Assembly (NCBI RefSeq): GCF_009914755.1
Contig: NC_060948.1
Length of the DNA: 64,000 nt
Strand: one strand, 5' to 3'
From: the human T2T-CHM13v2.0 reference genome, Homo sapiens
Shown here: one piece after another, positions 1 to 13,800 of the stretch
How positions within the stretch are numbered: the first letter of the stretch is position 1
Layout: every line of letters begins with the position of its first letter
Program-made: the position numbers and the translations under genes
Notes under the pieces: generated by a model
What the model saw: only the letters and a program-made list of their open reading frames with translations
What the model was told of the DNA's origin: nothing
Databases searched by the model: none

Positions 1-273
1 AGACAAATGGAATGGTCTGGAATGGAATGAACACGAATGTAATGCAATCCAATAGAATGGAGTCGAATGGCATGGAATATAAAGAAATGGAATCGAAGAG
101 AATGGAAACAAATGGAATGGAATTGAATGGAATGGAATTGAATGGAATGGGTACGAATGGAGTGAAATTGTATGCAGTAGAAGAGAATAGAATGGAATGC
201 AAGCGAAAGGAAAGGAATGGATTGGAATGGAATGGAATTCATTGGAATGGAAGGGAATGTAGTGTAATGGACA
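1..273 (+). repeat. Partial DYZ1 unit (3' end of a subtype A unit)
   Basis: Carries A alleles agacaaatgg and agtcgaatgg, and the doubled aattgaatgg block. EcoRI site at 235-240. Private variant gggtacg at ~149-155. Confidence 0.9.
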
Positions 274-648
274 GGCCTGGAATAAAGTGGAATGCTACGG
301 TCTCGAATGGTATAAAAATGTATGGAATGGAATGCAATGAAACGGAATCGAATGTCATAGAATGTAATGGAATGCAAAAAAATGGAATCCAAAATCATTG
401 ACTGGAAAGGCTGGGTGTCGAAAGGAATTGACTCCAATGGAATGGAATCGAATGGAATGGAAGTGAATAGAATCGAACTAAATCGAATGGAATGGAATTG
501 ATAGGAACGGAATGGAAAGGAATGCAATGATTTGGCATGGAATGCAATCGAATGGCATCGAATGGAATGGAATGGAATGCAATGGAATGGAATGTATTAG
601 AATGTAATGAACTTTAATGGAATGTACTCGAATGGATTCGACTGGAAT

Positions 649-663
649 GGAATGTTCTGGAAG
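649..663. promoter_or_regulatory. Perfect three-unit heat-shock element motif (HSE-1), repeated in every unit
   Basis: gGAAtgTTCtgGAAg matches nGAAnnTTCnnGAAn. The right-domain variant gGAAtgTTCtcGAAg still matches. The motif is seen directly; function is inferred. Confidence 0.6.
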
Positions 664-928
664 TGAATGGACTCCAATGGAATGGATTCCAAAGGAATGG
701 AATCGTACGGAATGGAATCTAATGGAATGGAATTAAATGGAAATGAATCAAATTGAATAGCACGGAATTGAATTGAATGGAATGGAATGCAATGGAATCT
801 AATGAAACGGAAAGGAAAGGAATGGAATGGAATGGAATGGGCTGGAATGGAAAGGAATCGAAACGAATGGAATGGAATCGAACTGAAGAGACTGGAATGG
901 AATGCACTGGAATGGAAGGGAGTGTAAT

Positions 929-943
929 GGAAGGTTCTCGAAA
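929..943. promoter_or_regulatory. Perfect heat-shock element motif (HSE-2), present in all units except U14
   Basis: gGAAggTTCtcGAAa matches nGAAnnTTCnnGAAn. Confidence 0.6.
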
Positions 944-1954
944 AAAATGGAATCGAATGGAATGGAATTGAATGGAACGGAATAGAGTCGAATGGAATTG
1001 AATGGAATGGAATGGACTAGAGTGAAATGGAATCGAACCACAAGGAATGGACAGGAATAGAATGGTCTCGAATTGAATGGAATCGTATGGAATGGCATCA
1101 AACGGAATGGAATGGACAGCCACGGAATGGAATGCACTCGAATGCAATGGAGTCGAAACTAATGGACTGGAATAGAATGGACTCGACTGGTACGGACTCA
1201 AATGGAATGGAATCGAATGGAAGGGAATCGAACGGAATGGACTCGAAGGGAAAAGACTGCAATGGAAAGGTCTCGAATGGAATGGAAATTAATGGAATGG
1301 AATGGAATCGAAAGAAATGGAGTCAAAAGGAATGGAATCGAATGGCAAGAAATCGAATGTAATGGAATCGCAAGGAATTGATGTGAACGGAATGGAATGG
1401 AATGGAATCCAAAGGAATGGAATAGAATGGAATGGAATCGAATGGAAAAGACTCGAATGGAAATCACTCGAATAGAATGCAATTTAATAAAATAGGATCA
1501 AATGTAATGGAATGGAATGGAAAGCAATCGAAACGAAAGGAATGGAGACAGATGGAATGGAATAGAACAGAGAGCAATGGTATAGAATGGAATGGAATCA
1601 TCTGGAATGGAATTGAATGGAATGGAATAATATGAAATGGAATGGAATAGAATGGAATGGAATGCCCTTGAATTAAATGGACTGGAATGGAATGGACTCG
1701 AACAGAGTGGAATGGAAAGTGTTGAGATAGAATGGAATGGACTCCTTTGGAATGGTGTAGTATGCAATACAATCGACTAGCAGGGAATCAAAAGGAATGT
1801 AATCGAATGGATTGGACTGGAATGCAATGGACTCGAATAGATTGCAAACGGAATGCAAAGGAATGGAATGGAATAGTATGGAATGGAATGGAAAGGAATG
1901 GAGTGGAATAGACTAGAGTGGAATGGAATGGACTGGAAAGCAATGGACTGGAAT

Positions 1955-1969
1955 GGAACTTTCTTGAAT
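1955..1969. promoter_or_regulatory. Perfect heat-shock element motif (HSE-3), repeated in every unit
   Basis: gGAActTTCttGAAt matches nGAAnnTTCnnGAAn. Confidence 0.6.
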
Positions 1970-3670
1970 GGACTGGAATCAAACGGAATGGAATGCAATG
2001 CAATCAAATGGCATGGAATAAAATAGAATGAAAGAGAATCAAATGGAATTGAATCGAATGGAATCGAATGGATTGGAAAGAATAGAATGGAATGGAATGG
2101 AATGGACTAGAATGGAATGGATTCGAATGGAAGGCAAAGGAATGGAATCTATTGGAATGGACTGTAATGGAATGGAATGGAAGGGATTGGAATGGACTCG
2201 AATGGAATTGACTGCAATAGAAAGGATTCGAATGGAATGAAAAAGAATTGAATGGAATAGAACAGAATGGAATCAAATCGAATGAAATGGAATGGAATAG
2301 AAAGGAATGGAATGAAATGGAATGGAAAGGATTCGAATGGAATGCAATCGAATGGAATGGAATCGAACGGAATGGAATAAAATGGAAGAAAACTGGCAAG
2401 AAATGGAATCGAAAGGAATGGAGTGTTATGGAACGGACTCAAAAGGAATTGAATGTAATAGAATGGAGTGGAGTGGACTCGAATATAATGGACTGGAATG
2501 GAATGAAATCACATGGAATGGGAACGAATGGAATGGAATGGAAAGGAATGGAATGGAATGGAAAGGAATCGAATGGAAGGGAATGAAATTGAATCAACAG
2601 GAATGGAAGGGAATAGAATAGACGGTAATGGAATGGACTCGAATAGAATGGACACGAATGCTCAAATTGAATGGACTCGAAAGGAATGGAAAGGAAAGGA
2701 ATGTCATCGAATGGAATTGAATCGATTGGAATGAAATGGCATAGAATGGAGTGGAATCAAATGGAATTGAATCGAAAGGAAAGGAAGCGAATGGACTGAA
2801 ATGAAATGGAATGGAATTGAATGGAAAGTAATGCAATGGAATAGAATGGAACGAAATTTCACGGAATGGAATCAAACTGAATGGAATCAAATCAATGGAA
2901 TCTAATCAAATGGAATGGAAAGGAATTGAATGGAGTAGATTGGATTGGATGGGATTGGAATGAAATGTACTGGAAAGGACTCGAATTTCATGAAACGGAA
3001 TGGAATGAATTGGAACGGAATGGACTCGAATGGAATGGAATGTCATCGAATGGCATCAAATGGAATGGCATCAAATGGAATGGAATCGAATGCAATGGAA
3101 TGCTATGGAATGGAATGGAATGCATTGGAATGGAATGTCCTCTAATGGAATGGATTCGAGTGGAATGGAATCGAATATAATGGAGTCGAATGAAATGGAA
3201 TTGAAAAGAATGGGATCGAATACAATGGAATATACTGGAATGTAATGTAATGAACTCGAATGTAATTGACTGGAATGGAATGTACATGAATGGAATGTAA
3301 TCGAATGGAAAGTAATCCAATGGAATAGAATGTAATGCAATAAAATCGACTCAGATAGAGTAGAATGTAATGGAATGGAGTGCAGTGCAATGGAATGGAA
3401 TGGAATGGAATGCAATGGAATGGAATGGAATGGAATGGAATGGGATGGAATGGTATGGAATGGATAGTAATGGACTGGAGTGAAATGGACTGGAATGGAA
3501 TGGACTCAAATTGAAAGGGCTCGAAAGGAATGGAGACAAATGGAATGGTCTGGAATGGAATGAACACGAATGTAATGCAATCCAATAGAATGGAGTCGAA
3601 TGGCATGGAATATAAAGAAATGGAATCGAAGAGAATGGAAACAAATGGAATGGAATTGAATGGAATGGAA

Positions 3671-3824
3671 TTGAATGGAATGGGAACGAATGGAGTGAAA
3701 TTGTATGCAGTAGAAGAGAATAGAATGGAATGCAAGCGAAAGGAAAGGAATGGATTGGAATGGAATGGAATTCATTGGAATGGAAGGGAATGTAGTGTAA
3801 TGGACAGGCCTGGAATAAAGTGGA
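3671..3824 (+). other. Target of the classical DYZ1 sexing PCR (primers recalled as Y1.2/Y1.1), 154 bp here
   Basis: ttgaatggaatgggaacgaatgg at 3671-3693 and ggacaggcctggaataaagtgga at 3802-3824 match the primer sequences as I recall them. Primer identity is from memory and should be verified. Confidence 0.7.
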
Positions 3825-6800
3825 ATGCTACGGTCTCGAATGGTATAAAAATGTATGGAATGGAATGCAATGAAACGGAATCGAATGTCATAGAATGTAA
3901 TGGAATGCAAAAAAATGGAATCCAAAATCATTGACTGGAAAGGCTGGGTGTCGAAAGGAATTGACTCCAATGGAATGGAATCGAATGGAATGGAAGTGAA
4001 TAGAATCGAACTAAATCGAATGGAATGGAATTGATAGGAACGGAATGGAAAGGAATGCAATGATTTGGCATGGAATGCAATCGAATGGCATCGAATGGAA
4101 TGGAATGGAATGCAATGGAATGGAATGTATTAGAATGTAATGAACTTTAATGGAATGTACTCGAATGGATTCGACTGGAATGGAATGTTCTGGAAGTGAA
4201 TGGACTCCAATGGAATGGATTCCAAAGGAATGGAATCGTACGGAATGGAATCTAATGGAATGGAATTAAATGGAAATGAATCAAATTGAATAGCACGGAA
4301 TTGAATTGAATGGAATGGAATGCAATGGAATCTAATGAAACGGAAAGGAAAGGAATGGAATGGAATGGAATGGGCTGGAATGGAAAGGAATCGAAACGAA
4401 TGGAATGGAATCGAACTGAAGAGACTGGAATGGAATGCACTGGAATGGAAGGGAGTGTAATGGAAGGTTCTCGAAAAAAATGGAATCGAATGGAATGGAA
4501 TTGAATGGAACGGAATAGAGTCGAATGGAATTGAATGGAATGGAATGGACTAGAGTGAAATGGAATCGAACCACAAGGAATGGACAGGAATAGAATGGTC
4601 TCGAATTGAATGGAATCGTATGGAATGGCATCAAACGGAATGGAATGGACAGCCACGGAATGGAATGCACTCGAATGCAATGGAGTCGAAACTAATGGAC
4701 TGGAATAGAATGGACTCGACTGGTACGGACTCCAATTGAATGGAATCGAATGGAAGGGAATCGAACGGAATGGACTCGAAGGGAAAAGACTGCAATGGAA
4801 AGGTCTCGAATGGAATGGAAATTAATGGAATGGAATGGAATCGAATGAAATGGAGTCAAAAGGAATGGAATCGAATGGCAAGAAATCGAATGTAATGGAA
4901 TCGCAAGGAATTGATATGAACGGAACGGAATGGAATGGAATCCAAAGGAATGGAATAGAATGGAATGGAATCGAATGGAAAGGACTCGAATGGAAATCAC
5001 TCGAATAGAATGCAATTTAATAAAATAGGATCAAATGTAATGGAATGGAATGGAAAGGAATCGAAACGAAAGGAATGGAGACAGATGGAATGGAATGGAA
5101 CAGAGAGCAATGGTATAGAATGGAATGGAATCATCTGGAATGGAATTGAATGGAATGGAATAATATGAAATGGAATGGAATGGAATGGAATGGAATGCCC
5201 TTGAATTAAATGGACCGGACTCGAACAGAGTGGAATGGAAAGTGTTGAGATAGAATGGAATGGACTCCTTTGGAATGGTGTAGTATGCAATGCAATCGAC
5301 TGGCAGGGAATCAAAAGGAATGTAATGGAATGGATTGGACTGGAATGCAATGGACTCGAATAGATTGGAAACGGAATGCAAAGGAATAGAATGGAATAGT
5401 ATGGAATGGAATGGAAAGGAATGGAGTGGAATAGACTAGAGTGGAATGGAATGGACTGGAAAGCAATGGACTGGAATGGAACTTTCTTGAATGGACTGGA
5501 ATCAAACGGAATGGAATGCAATGCAATCAAATGGCATGGAATAAAATAGAATGAAAGAGAATCAAATGGAATTGAATCGAATGGAATCGAATGGATTGGA
5601 AAGGAATAGAATGGAATGGAATGGAATTGACTCAAATGGAATGGACTAGAATGGAATGGATTCGAATGGAAGGCAAAGGAATGGAATCTATTGGAATGGA
5701 CTGTAATGGAATGGAATGGAAGGGATTGGAATGGACTCGAATGGAATGGACTGCAATAGAAAGGACTCGAATGGAATGAAATAGAATTGAATGGAATAGA
5801 ACAGAATGGAATCAAATCGAATGAAATGGAATGGAATAGAAAGGAATGGAATGAAATGGAATGGAAAGGATTCGAATGGAATGCAATCGAATGGAATGGA
5901 ATCGAACGGAATGGAATAAAATGGAAGAAAACTGGCAAGAAATGGAATCGAAAGGAATGGAGTGTTATGGAACGGACTCAAAAGGAATTGAATGTAATAG
6001 AATGGAGTGGAGTGGACTCGAATATAATGGACTGGAATGGAATGAAATCACATGGAATGGGAACGAATGGAATGGAATGGAAAGGAATGGAATCGAATGG
6101 AAAGGAATCGAATGGAAGGGAATGAAATTGAATCAACAGGAATGGAAGGGAATAGAATAGACGGTAATGGAATGGACTCGAATAGAATGGACACGAATGC
6201 TCAAATTGAATGGACTCGAATGGAATGGAAACGAAAGGAATGTCATCGAATGGAATTGAATCGATTGGAATGAAATGGCATAGAATGGAGTGGAATCAAA
6301 TGGAATTGAATCGAAAGGAAAGGAAGCGAATGGACTGAAATGAAATGGAATGGAATTGAATGGAAAGTAATGCAATGGAATAGAATGGAACGAAATTTCA
6401 CGGAATGGAATCAAACTGAATGGAATCAAATCAATGGAATCTAATCAAATGGAATGGAAAGGAATTGAATGGAATAGATTGGATTGGATGGGATTGGAAT
6501 GAAATGTACTGGAAAGGACTCGAATTTCATGAAACGGAATGGAATGAATTGGAACGGAGTGGACTCGAATGGAATGGAATGTCATGGAATGGCATCAAAT
6601 GGAATGGCATCAAATGGAATGGAATCGAATGCAATGGAATGCTATGGAATGGAATGGAATGCATTGGAATGGAATGTCCTCTAATGGAATGGATTCGAGT
6701 GGAATGGAATCGAATATAATGGAGTCGAATGAAATGGAATTGAAAGGAATGGGATCGAATACAATGGAATATACTGGAATGTAATGTAATGAACTCGAAT

Positions 6801-7350
6801 GTAATTGACTGGAATGGAATGTACATGAATGGAATGTAATCGAATGGAAAGTAATCCAATGGAATAGAATCTAATGCAATAAAATCGACTCAGATAGAGT
6901 AGAATGTAATGGAATGGAGTGCAGTGCAATGCAATTGAATGGAATGGAATGCAATGGAATGGAATGGAATGGAATGGAATGGAATGGAATGGAATGGAAT
7001 GGGATGGAATGGTATGGAATGGATAGTAATGGACTGGAGTGAAATGGACTGGAAAGGAATGGACTCAAATTGAAAGGGCTCGAAAGGAATGGAGTCAAAT
7101 GGAATGGTCTGGAATGGAATGAACACGAATGTAATGCAATCCAATAGAATGGAATCGAATGGCATGGAATATAAAGAAATGGAATCGAAGAGAATGGAAA
7201 CAAATGGAATGGAATTGAATGGAATGGGAACGAATGGAGTGAAATTGTATGCAGTAGAAGAGAATAGAATGGAATGCAAGCGAAAGGAAAGGAATGGATT
7301 GGAATGGAATGGAATTCATTGGAATGGAAGGGACTGTAGTGTAATGGACA
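3807..7350 (+). repeat. Unit U2, 3544 bp, subtype B
   Basis: ggaccggactcg 10-bp deletion allele (CCGG 5215-5218), ttgactcaaa present, cggagtggact, gcaatgcaattgaat, (GGAAT)9 tract. Confidence 0.92.
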
Positions 7351-10300
7351 GGCCTGGAATAAAGTGGAATGCTACGGTCTCGAATGGAATAAAAATGTAT
7401 GGAATGGAATGCAATGAAACGGAATCGAATGTCATAGAATGTAATGGAATGCAAAAAAATGGAATCCAAAATCATTGACTGGAAAGGCTGGGTGTCGAAA
7501 GGAATTGACTCCAATGGAATGGAATCGAATGGAATGGAAGTGAATAGAATCGAACTAAATCGAATGGAATGGAATTGATAGGAACGGAATGGAAAGGAAT
7601 GCAATGATTTGGCATGGAATGGAATCGAATGGCATCGAATGGAATGGAATGGAATGCAATGGAATGGAATGTATTAGAATGTAATGAACTTTAATGGAAT
7701 GTACTCGAATGGATTCGACTGGAATGGAATGTTCTGGAAGTGAATGGACTCCAATGGAATGGATTCAAAAGGAATGGAATCGTACGGAATGGAATCTAAT
7801 GGAATGGAATTAAATGGAAATGAATCAAATTGAATAGCACGGAATTGAATTGAATGGAATGGAATGCAATGGAATCTAATGAAACGGAAAGGAAAGGAAT
7901 GGAATGGAATGGAATGGACTGGAATGGAAAGGAATCAAAACGAATGGAATGGAATCGAACTGAAGAGACTGGAATGGAATGCACTGGAATGGAAGGGAGT
8001 GTAATGGAAGGTTCTCGAAAAAAATGCAATCGAATGGAATGGAATTGAATGGAACGGAATAGAGTCGAATGGAATTGAATGGAATGGAATGGACTAGAGT
8101 GAAATGGAATCGAACCACAAGGAATGGACAGGAATAGAATGGTCTCGAATTGAATGGAATCGTATGGAATGGCATCAAACGGAATGGAATGGACAGCCAC
8201 GGAATGGAATGCACTCGAATGCAATGGAGTCGAAACTAATGGACTGGAATAGAATGGACTCGACTGGTACGGACTCAAATGGAATGGAATCGAATGGAAG
8301 GGAATCGAACGGAATGGACTCGAAGGGAAAAGACTGCAATGGAAAGGTCTCGAATGGAATGGAAATTAATGGAATGGAATGGAATCGAAAGAAATGGAGT
8401 CAAAAGGAATGGAATCGAATGGCAAGAAATCGAATGTAATGGAATCGCAAGGAATTGATGTGAACGGAATGGAATGGAATGGAATCCAAAGGAATGGAAT
8501 AGAATGGAATGGAATCGAATGGAAAAGACTCGAATGGAAATCACTCGAATAGAATGCAATTTAATAAAATAGGATCAAATGTAATGGAATGGAATGGAAA
8601 GCAATCGAAACGAAAGGAATGGAGACAGATGGAATGGAATAGAACAGAGAGCAATGGTATAGAATGGAATGGAATCATCTGGAATGGAATTGAATGGAAT
8701 GGAATAATATGAAATGGAATGGAATGGAATGGAATGGAATGCCCTTGAATTAAATGGACTGGAATGGAATGGACTCGAACAGAGTGGAATGGAAAGTGTT
8801 GAGATAGAATGGAATGGACTCCTTTGGAATGGTGTAGTATGCAATACAATCGACTGGCAGGGAATCAAAAGGAATGTAATCGAATGGATTGGACTGGAAT
8901 GCAATGGACTCGAATAGATTGCAAACGGAATGCAAAGGAATGGAATGGAATAGTATGGAATGGAATGGAAAGGAATGGAGTGGAATAGACTAGAGTGGAA
9001 TGGAATGGACTGGAAAGCAATGGACTGGAATGGAACTTTCTTGAATGGACTGGAATCAAACGGAATGGAATGCAATGCAATCAAATGGCATGGAATAAAA
9101 TAGAATGAAAGAGAATCAAATGGAATTGAATCGAATGGAATCGAATGGATTGGAAAGAATAGAATGGAATGGAATGGAATGGACTAGAATGGAATGGATT
9201 CGAATGGAAGGCAAAGGAATGGAATCTATTGGAATGGACTGTAATGGAATGGAATGGAAGGGATTGGAATGGACTCGAATGGAATTGACTGCAATAGAAA
9301 GGATTCGAATGGAATGAAAAAGAATTGAATGGAATAGAACAGAATGGAATCAAATCGAATGAAATGGAATGGAATAGAAAGGAATGGAATGAAATGGAAT
9401 GGAAAGGATTCGAATGGAATGCAATCGAATGGAATGGAATCGAACGGAATGGAATAAAATGGAAGAAAACTGGCAAGAAATGGAATCGAAAGGAATGGAG
9501 TGTTATGGAACGGACTCAAAAGGAATTGAATGTAATAGAATGGAGTGGAGTGGACTCGAATATAATGGACTGGAATGGAATGAAATCACATGGAATGGGA
9601 ACGAATGGAATGGAATGGAAAGGAATGGAATGGAATGGAAAGGAATCGAATGGAAGGGAATGAAATTGAATCAACAGGAATGGAAGGGAATAGAATAGAC
9701 GGTAATGGAATGGACTCGAATAGAATGGACACGAATGCTCAAATTGAATGGACTCGAAAGGAATGGAAAGGAAAGGAATGTCATCGAATGGAATTGAATC
9801 GATTGGAATGAAATGGCATAGAATGGAGTGGAATCAAATGGAATTGAATCGAAAGGAAAGGAAGCGAATGGACTGAAATGAAATGGAATGGAATTGAATG
9901 GAAAGTAATGCAATGGAATAGAATGGAACGAAATTTCACGGAATGGAATCAAACTGAATGGAATCAAATCAATGGAATCTAATCAAATGGAATGGAAAGG
10001 AATTGAATGGAGTAGATTGGATTGGATGGGATTGGAATGAAATGTACTGGAAAGGACTCGAATTTCATGAAACGGAATGGAATGAATTGGAACGGAATGG
10101 ACTCGAATGGAATGGAATGTCATCGAATGGCATCAAATGGAATGGCATCAAATGGAATGGAATCGAATGCAATGGAATGCTATGGAATGGAATGGAATGC
10201 ATTGGAATGGAATGTCCTCTAATGGAATGGATTCGAGTGGAATGGAATCGAATATAATGGAGTCGAATGAAATGGAATTGAAAAGAATGGGATCGAATAC

Positions 10301-10883
10301 AATGGAATATACTGGAATGTAATGTAATGAACTCGAATGTAATTGACTGGAATGGAATGTACATGAATGGAATGTAATCGAATGGAAAGTAATCCAATGG
10401 AATAGAATGTAATGCAATAAAATCGACTCAGATAGAGTAGAATGTAATGGAATGGAGTGCAGTGCAATGGAATGGAATGGAATGGAATGCAATGGAATGG
10501 AATGGAATGGAATGGAATGGGATGGAATGGTATGGAATGGATAGTAATGGACTGGAGTGAAATGGACTGGAATGGAATGGACTCAAATTGAAAGGGCTCG
10601 AAAGGAATGGAGACAAATGGAATGGTCTGGAATGGAATGAACACGAATGTAATGCAATCCAATAGAATGGAGTCGAATGGCATGGAATATAAAGAAATGG
10701 AATCGAAGAGAATGGAAACAAATGGAATGGAATTGAATGGAATGGAATTGAATGGAATGGGAACGAATGGAGTGAAATTGTATGCAGTAGAAGAGAATAG
10801 AATGGAATGCAAGCGAAAGGAAAGGAATGGATTGGAATGGAATGGAATTCATTGGAATGGAAGGGAATGTAGTGTAATGGACA
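7351..10883 (+). repeat. Unit U3, 3533 bp, subtype A
   Basis: Same A indels as U1. The front part has aaatgcaatcg and ggactggaat alleles. Confidence 0.92.
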
Positions 10884-13800
10884 GGCCTGGAATAAAGTGG
10901 AATGCTACGGTCTCGAATGGTATAAAAATGTATGGAATGGAATGCAATGAAACGGAATCGAATGTCATAGAATGTAATGGAATGCAAAAAAATGGAATCC
11001 AAAATCATTGACTGGAAAGGCTGGGTGTCGAAAGGAATTGACTCCAATGGAATGGAATCGAATGGAATGGAAGTGAATAGAATCGAACTAAATCGAATGG
11101 AATGGAATTGATAGGAACGGAATGGAAAGGAATGCAATGATTTGGCATGGAATGCAATCGAATGGCATCGAATGGAATGGAATGGAATGCAATGGAATGG
11201 AATGTATTAGAATGTAATGAACTTTAATGGAATGTACTCGAATGGATTCGACTGGAATGGAATGTTCTGGAAGTGAATGGACTCCAATGGAATGGATTCC
11301 AAAGGAATGGAATCGTACGGAATGGAATCTAATGGAATGGAATTAAATGGAAATGAATCAAATTGAATAGCACGGAATTGAATTGAATGGAATGGAATGC
11401 AATGGAATCTAATGAAACGGAAAGGAAAGGAATGGAATGGAATGGAATGGACTGGAATGGAAAGGAATCGAAACGAATGGAATGGAATCGAAGTGAAGAG
11501 ACTGGAATGGAATGCACTGGAATGGAAGGGAGTGTAATGGAAGGTTCTCGAAAAAAATGGAATCGAATGGAATGGAATTGAATGGAACGGAATAGAGTCG
11601 AATGGAATTGAATGGAATGGAATGGACTAGAGTGAAATGGAATCGAACCACAAGGAATGGACAGGAATAGAATGGTCTCGAATTGAATGGAATCGTATGG
11701 AATGGCATCAAACGGAATGGAATGGACAGCCACGGAATGGAATGCACTCGAATGCAATGGAGTCGAAACTAATGGACTGGAATAGAATGGACTCGACTGG
11801 TACGGACTCCAATGGAATGGAATCGAATGGAAGGGAATCGAACGGAATGGACTCGAAGGGAAAAGACTGCAATGGAAAGGTCTCGAATGGAATGGAAATT
11901 AATGGAATGGAATGGAATCGAATGAAATGGAGTCAAAAGGAATGGAATCGAATGGCAAGAAATCGAATGTAATGGAATCGCAAGGAATTGATGTGAACGG
12001 AATGGAATGGAATGGAATCCAAAGGAATGGAATAGAATGGAATGGAATCGAATGGAAAAGACTCGAATGGAAATCACTCGAATAGAATGCAATTTAATAA
12101 AATAGGATCAAATGTAATGGAATGGAATGGAAAGCAATCGAAACGAAAGGAATGGAGACAGATGGAATGGAATAGAACAGAGAGCAATGGTATAGAATGG
12201 AATGGAATCATCTGGAATGGAATTGAATGGAATGGAATAATATGAAATGGAATGGAATGGAATGGAATGGAATGCCCTTGAATTAAATGGACTGGAATGG
12301 AATGGACTCGAACAGAGTGGAATGGAAAGTGTTGAGATAGAATGGAATGGACTCCTTTGGAATGGTGTAGTATGCAATACAATCGACTGGCAGGGAATCA
12401 AAAGGAATGTAATCGAATGGATTGGACTGGAATGCAATGGACTCGAATAGATTGCAAACGGAATACAAAGGAATGGAATGGAATAGTATGGAATGGAATG
12501 GAAAGGAATGGAGTGGAATAGACTAGAGTGGAATGGAATGGACTGGAAAGCAATGGACTGGAATGGAACTTTCTTGAATGGACTGGAATCAAACGGAATG
12601 GAATGCAATGCAATCAAATGGCATGGAATAAAATAGAATGAAAGAGAATCAAATGGAATTGAATCGAATGGAATCGAATGGATTGGAAAGAATAGAATGG
12701 AATGGAATGGAATGGACTAGAATGGAATGGATTCGAATGGAAGGCAAAGGAATGGAATCTATTGGAATGGACTGTAATGGAATGGAATGGAAGGGATTGG
12801 AATGGACTCGAATGGAATTGACTGCAATAGAAAGGATTCGAATGGAATGAAAAAGAATTGAATGGAATAGAACAGAATGGAATCAAATCGAATGAAATGG
12901 AATGGAATAGAAAGGAATGGAATGAAATGGAATGGAAAGGATTCGAATGGAATGCAATCGAATGGAATGGAATCGAACGGAATGGAATAAAATGGAAGAA
13001 AACTGGCAAGAAATGGAATCGAAATGAATGGAGTGTTATGGAACGGACTCAAAAGGAATTGAATGTAATAGAATGGAGTGGAGTGGACTCGAATATAATG
13101 GACTGGAATGGAATGAAATCACATGGAATGGGAACGAATGGAATGGAATGGAAAGGAATGGAATGGAATGGAAAGGAATCGAATGGAAGGGAATGAAATT
13201 GAATCAACAGGAATGGAAGGGAATAGAATAGACGGTAATGGAATGGACTCGAATAGAATGGACACGAATGCTCAAATTGAATGGACTCGAAAGGAATGGA
13301 AAGGAAAGGAATGTCATCGAATGGAATTGAATCGATTGGAATGAAATCGCATAGAATGGAGTGGAATCAAATGGAATTGAATCGAAAGGAAAGGAAGCGA
13401 ATGGACTGAAATGAAATGGAATGGAATTGAATGGAAAGTAATGCAATGGAATAGAATGGAACGAAATTTCACGGAATGGAATCAAACTGAATGGAATCAA
13501 ATCAATGGAATCTAATCAAATGGAATGGAAAGGAATTGAATGGAGTAGATTGGATTGGATGGGATTGGAATGAAATGTACTGGAAAGGACTCGAATTTCA
13601 TGAAACGGAATGGAATGAATTGGAACGGAATGGACTCGAATGGAATGGAATGTCATCGAATGGCATCAAATGGAATGACATCAAATGGAATGGAATCGAA
13701 TGCAATGGAATGCTATGGAATGGAATGGAATGCATTGGAATGGAATGTCCTCTAATGGAATGGATTCGAGTGGAATGGAATCGAATATAATGGAGTCGAA

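Larger units (their letters stand above)
274..3806 (+). repeat. Unit U1, 3533 bp, subtype A
   Basis: HaeIII to HaeIII. 1-bp deletion ggaaagaatag (~2075), no ttgactcaaa 15-mer, alleles gcaatacaat and attgcaaacg. Confidence 0.92.

Noticed and set aside
2982-2995. cgaatttcatgaaa as a further heat-shock element
   Set aside because: Spacing between the first GAA and TTC is off by one, leaving only a two-unit TTCnnGAA.
281-3345. Several AATAAA hexamers per unit (e.g. 281, ~1486, ~2017, ~2376, ~3339)
   Set aside because: They arise easily from GGAAT followed by an A-rich pentamer. No clear GU-rich downstream element or transcript evidence supports a poly(A) call.
4997-5938. Longest ORF, 313 aa on the minus strand, recurring in B-type units
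   Set aside because: It exists only because the B indels fuse frames. It is absent from A units and has no recognisable domain.
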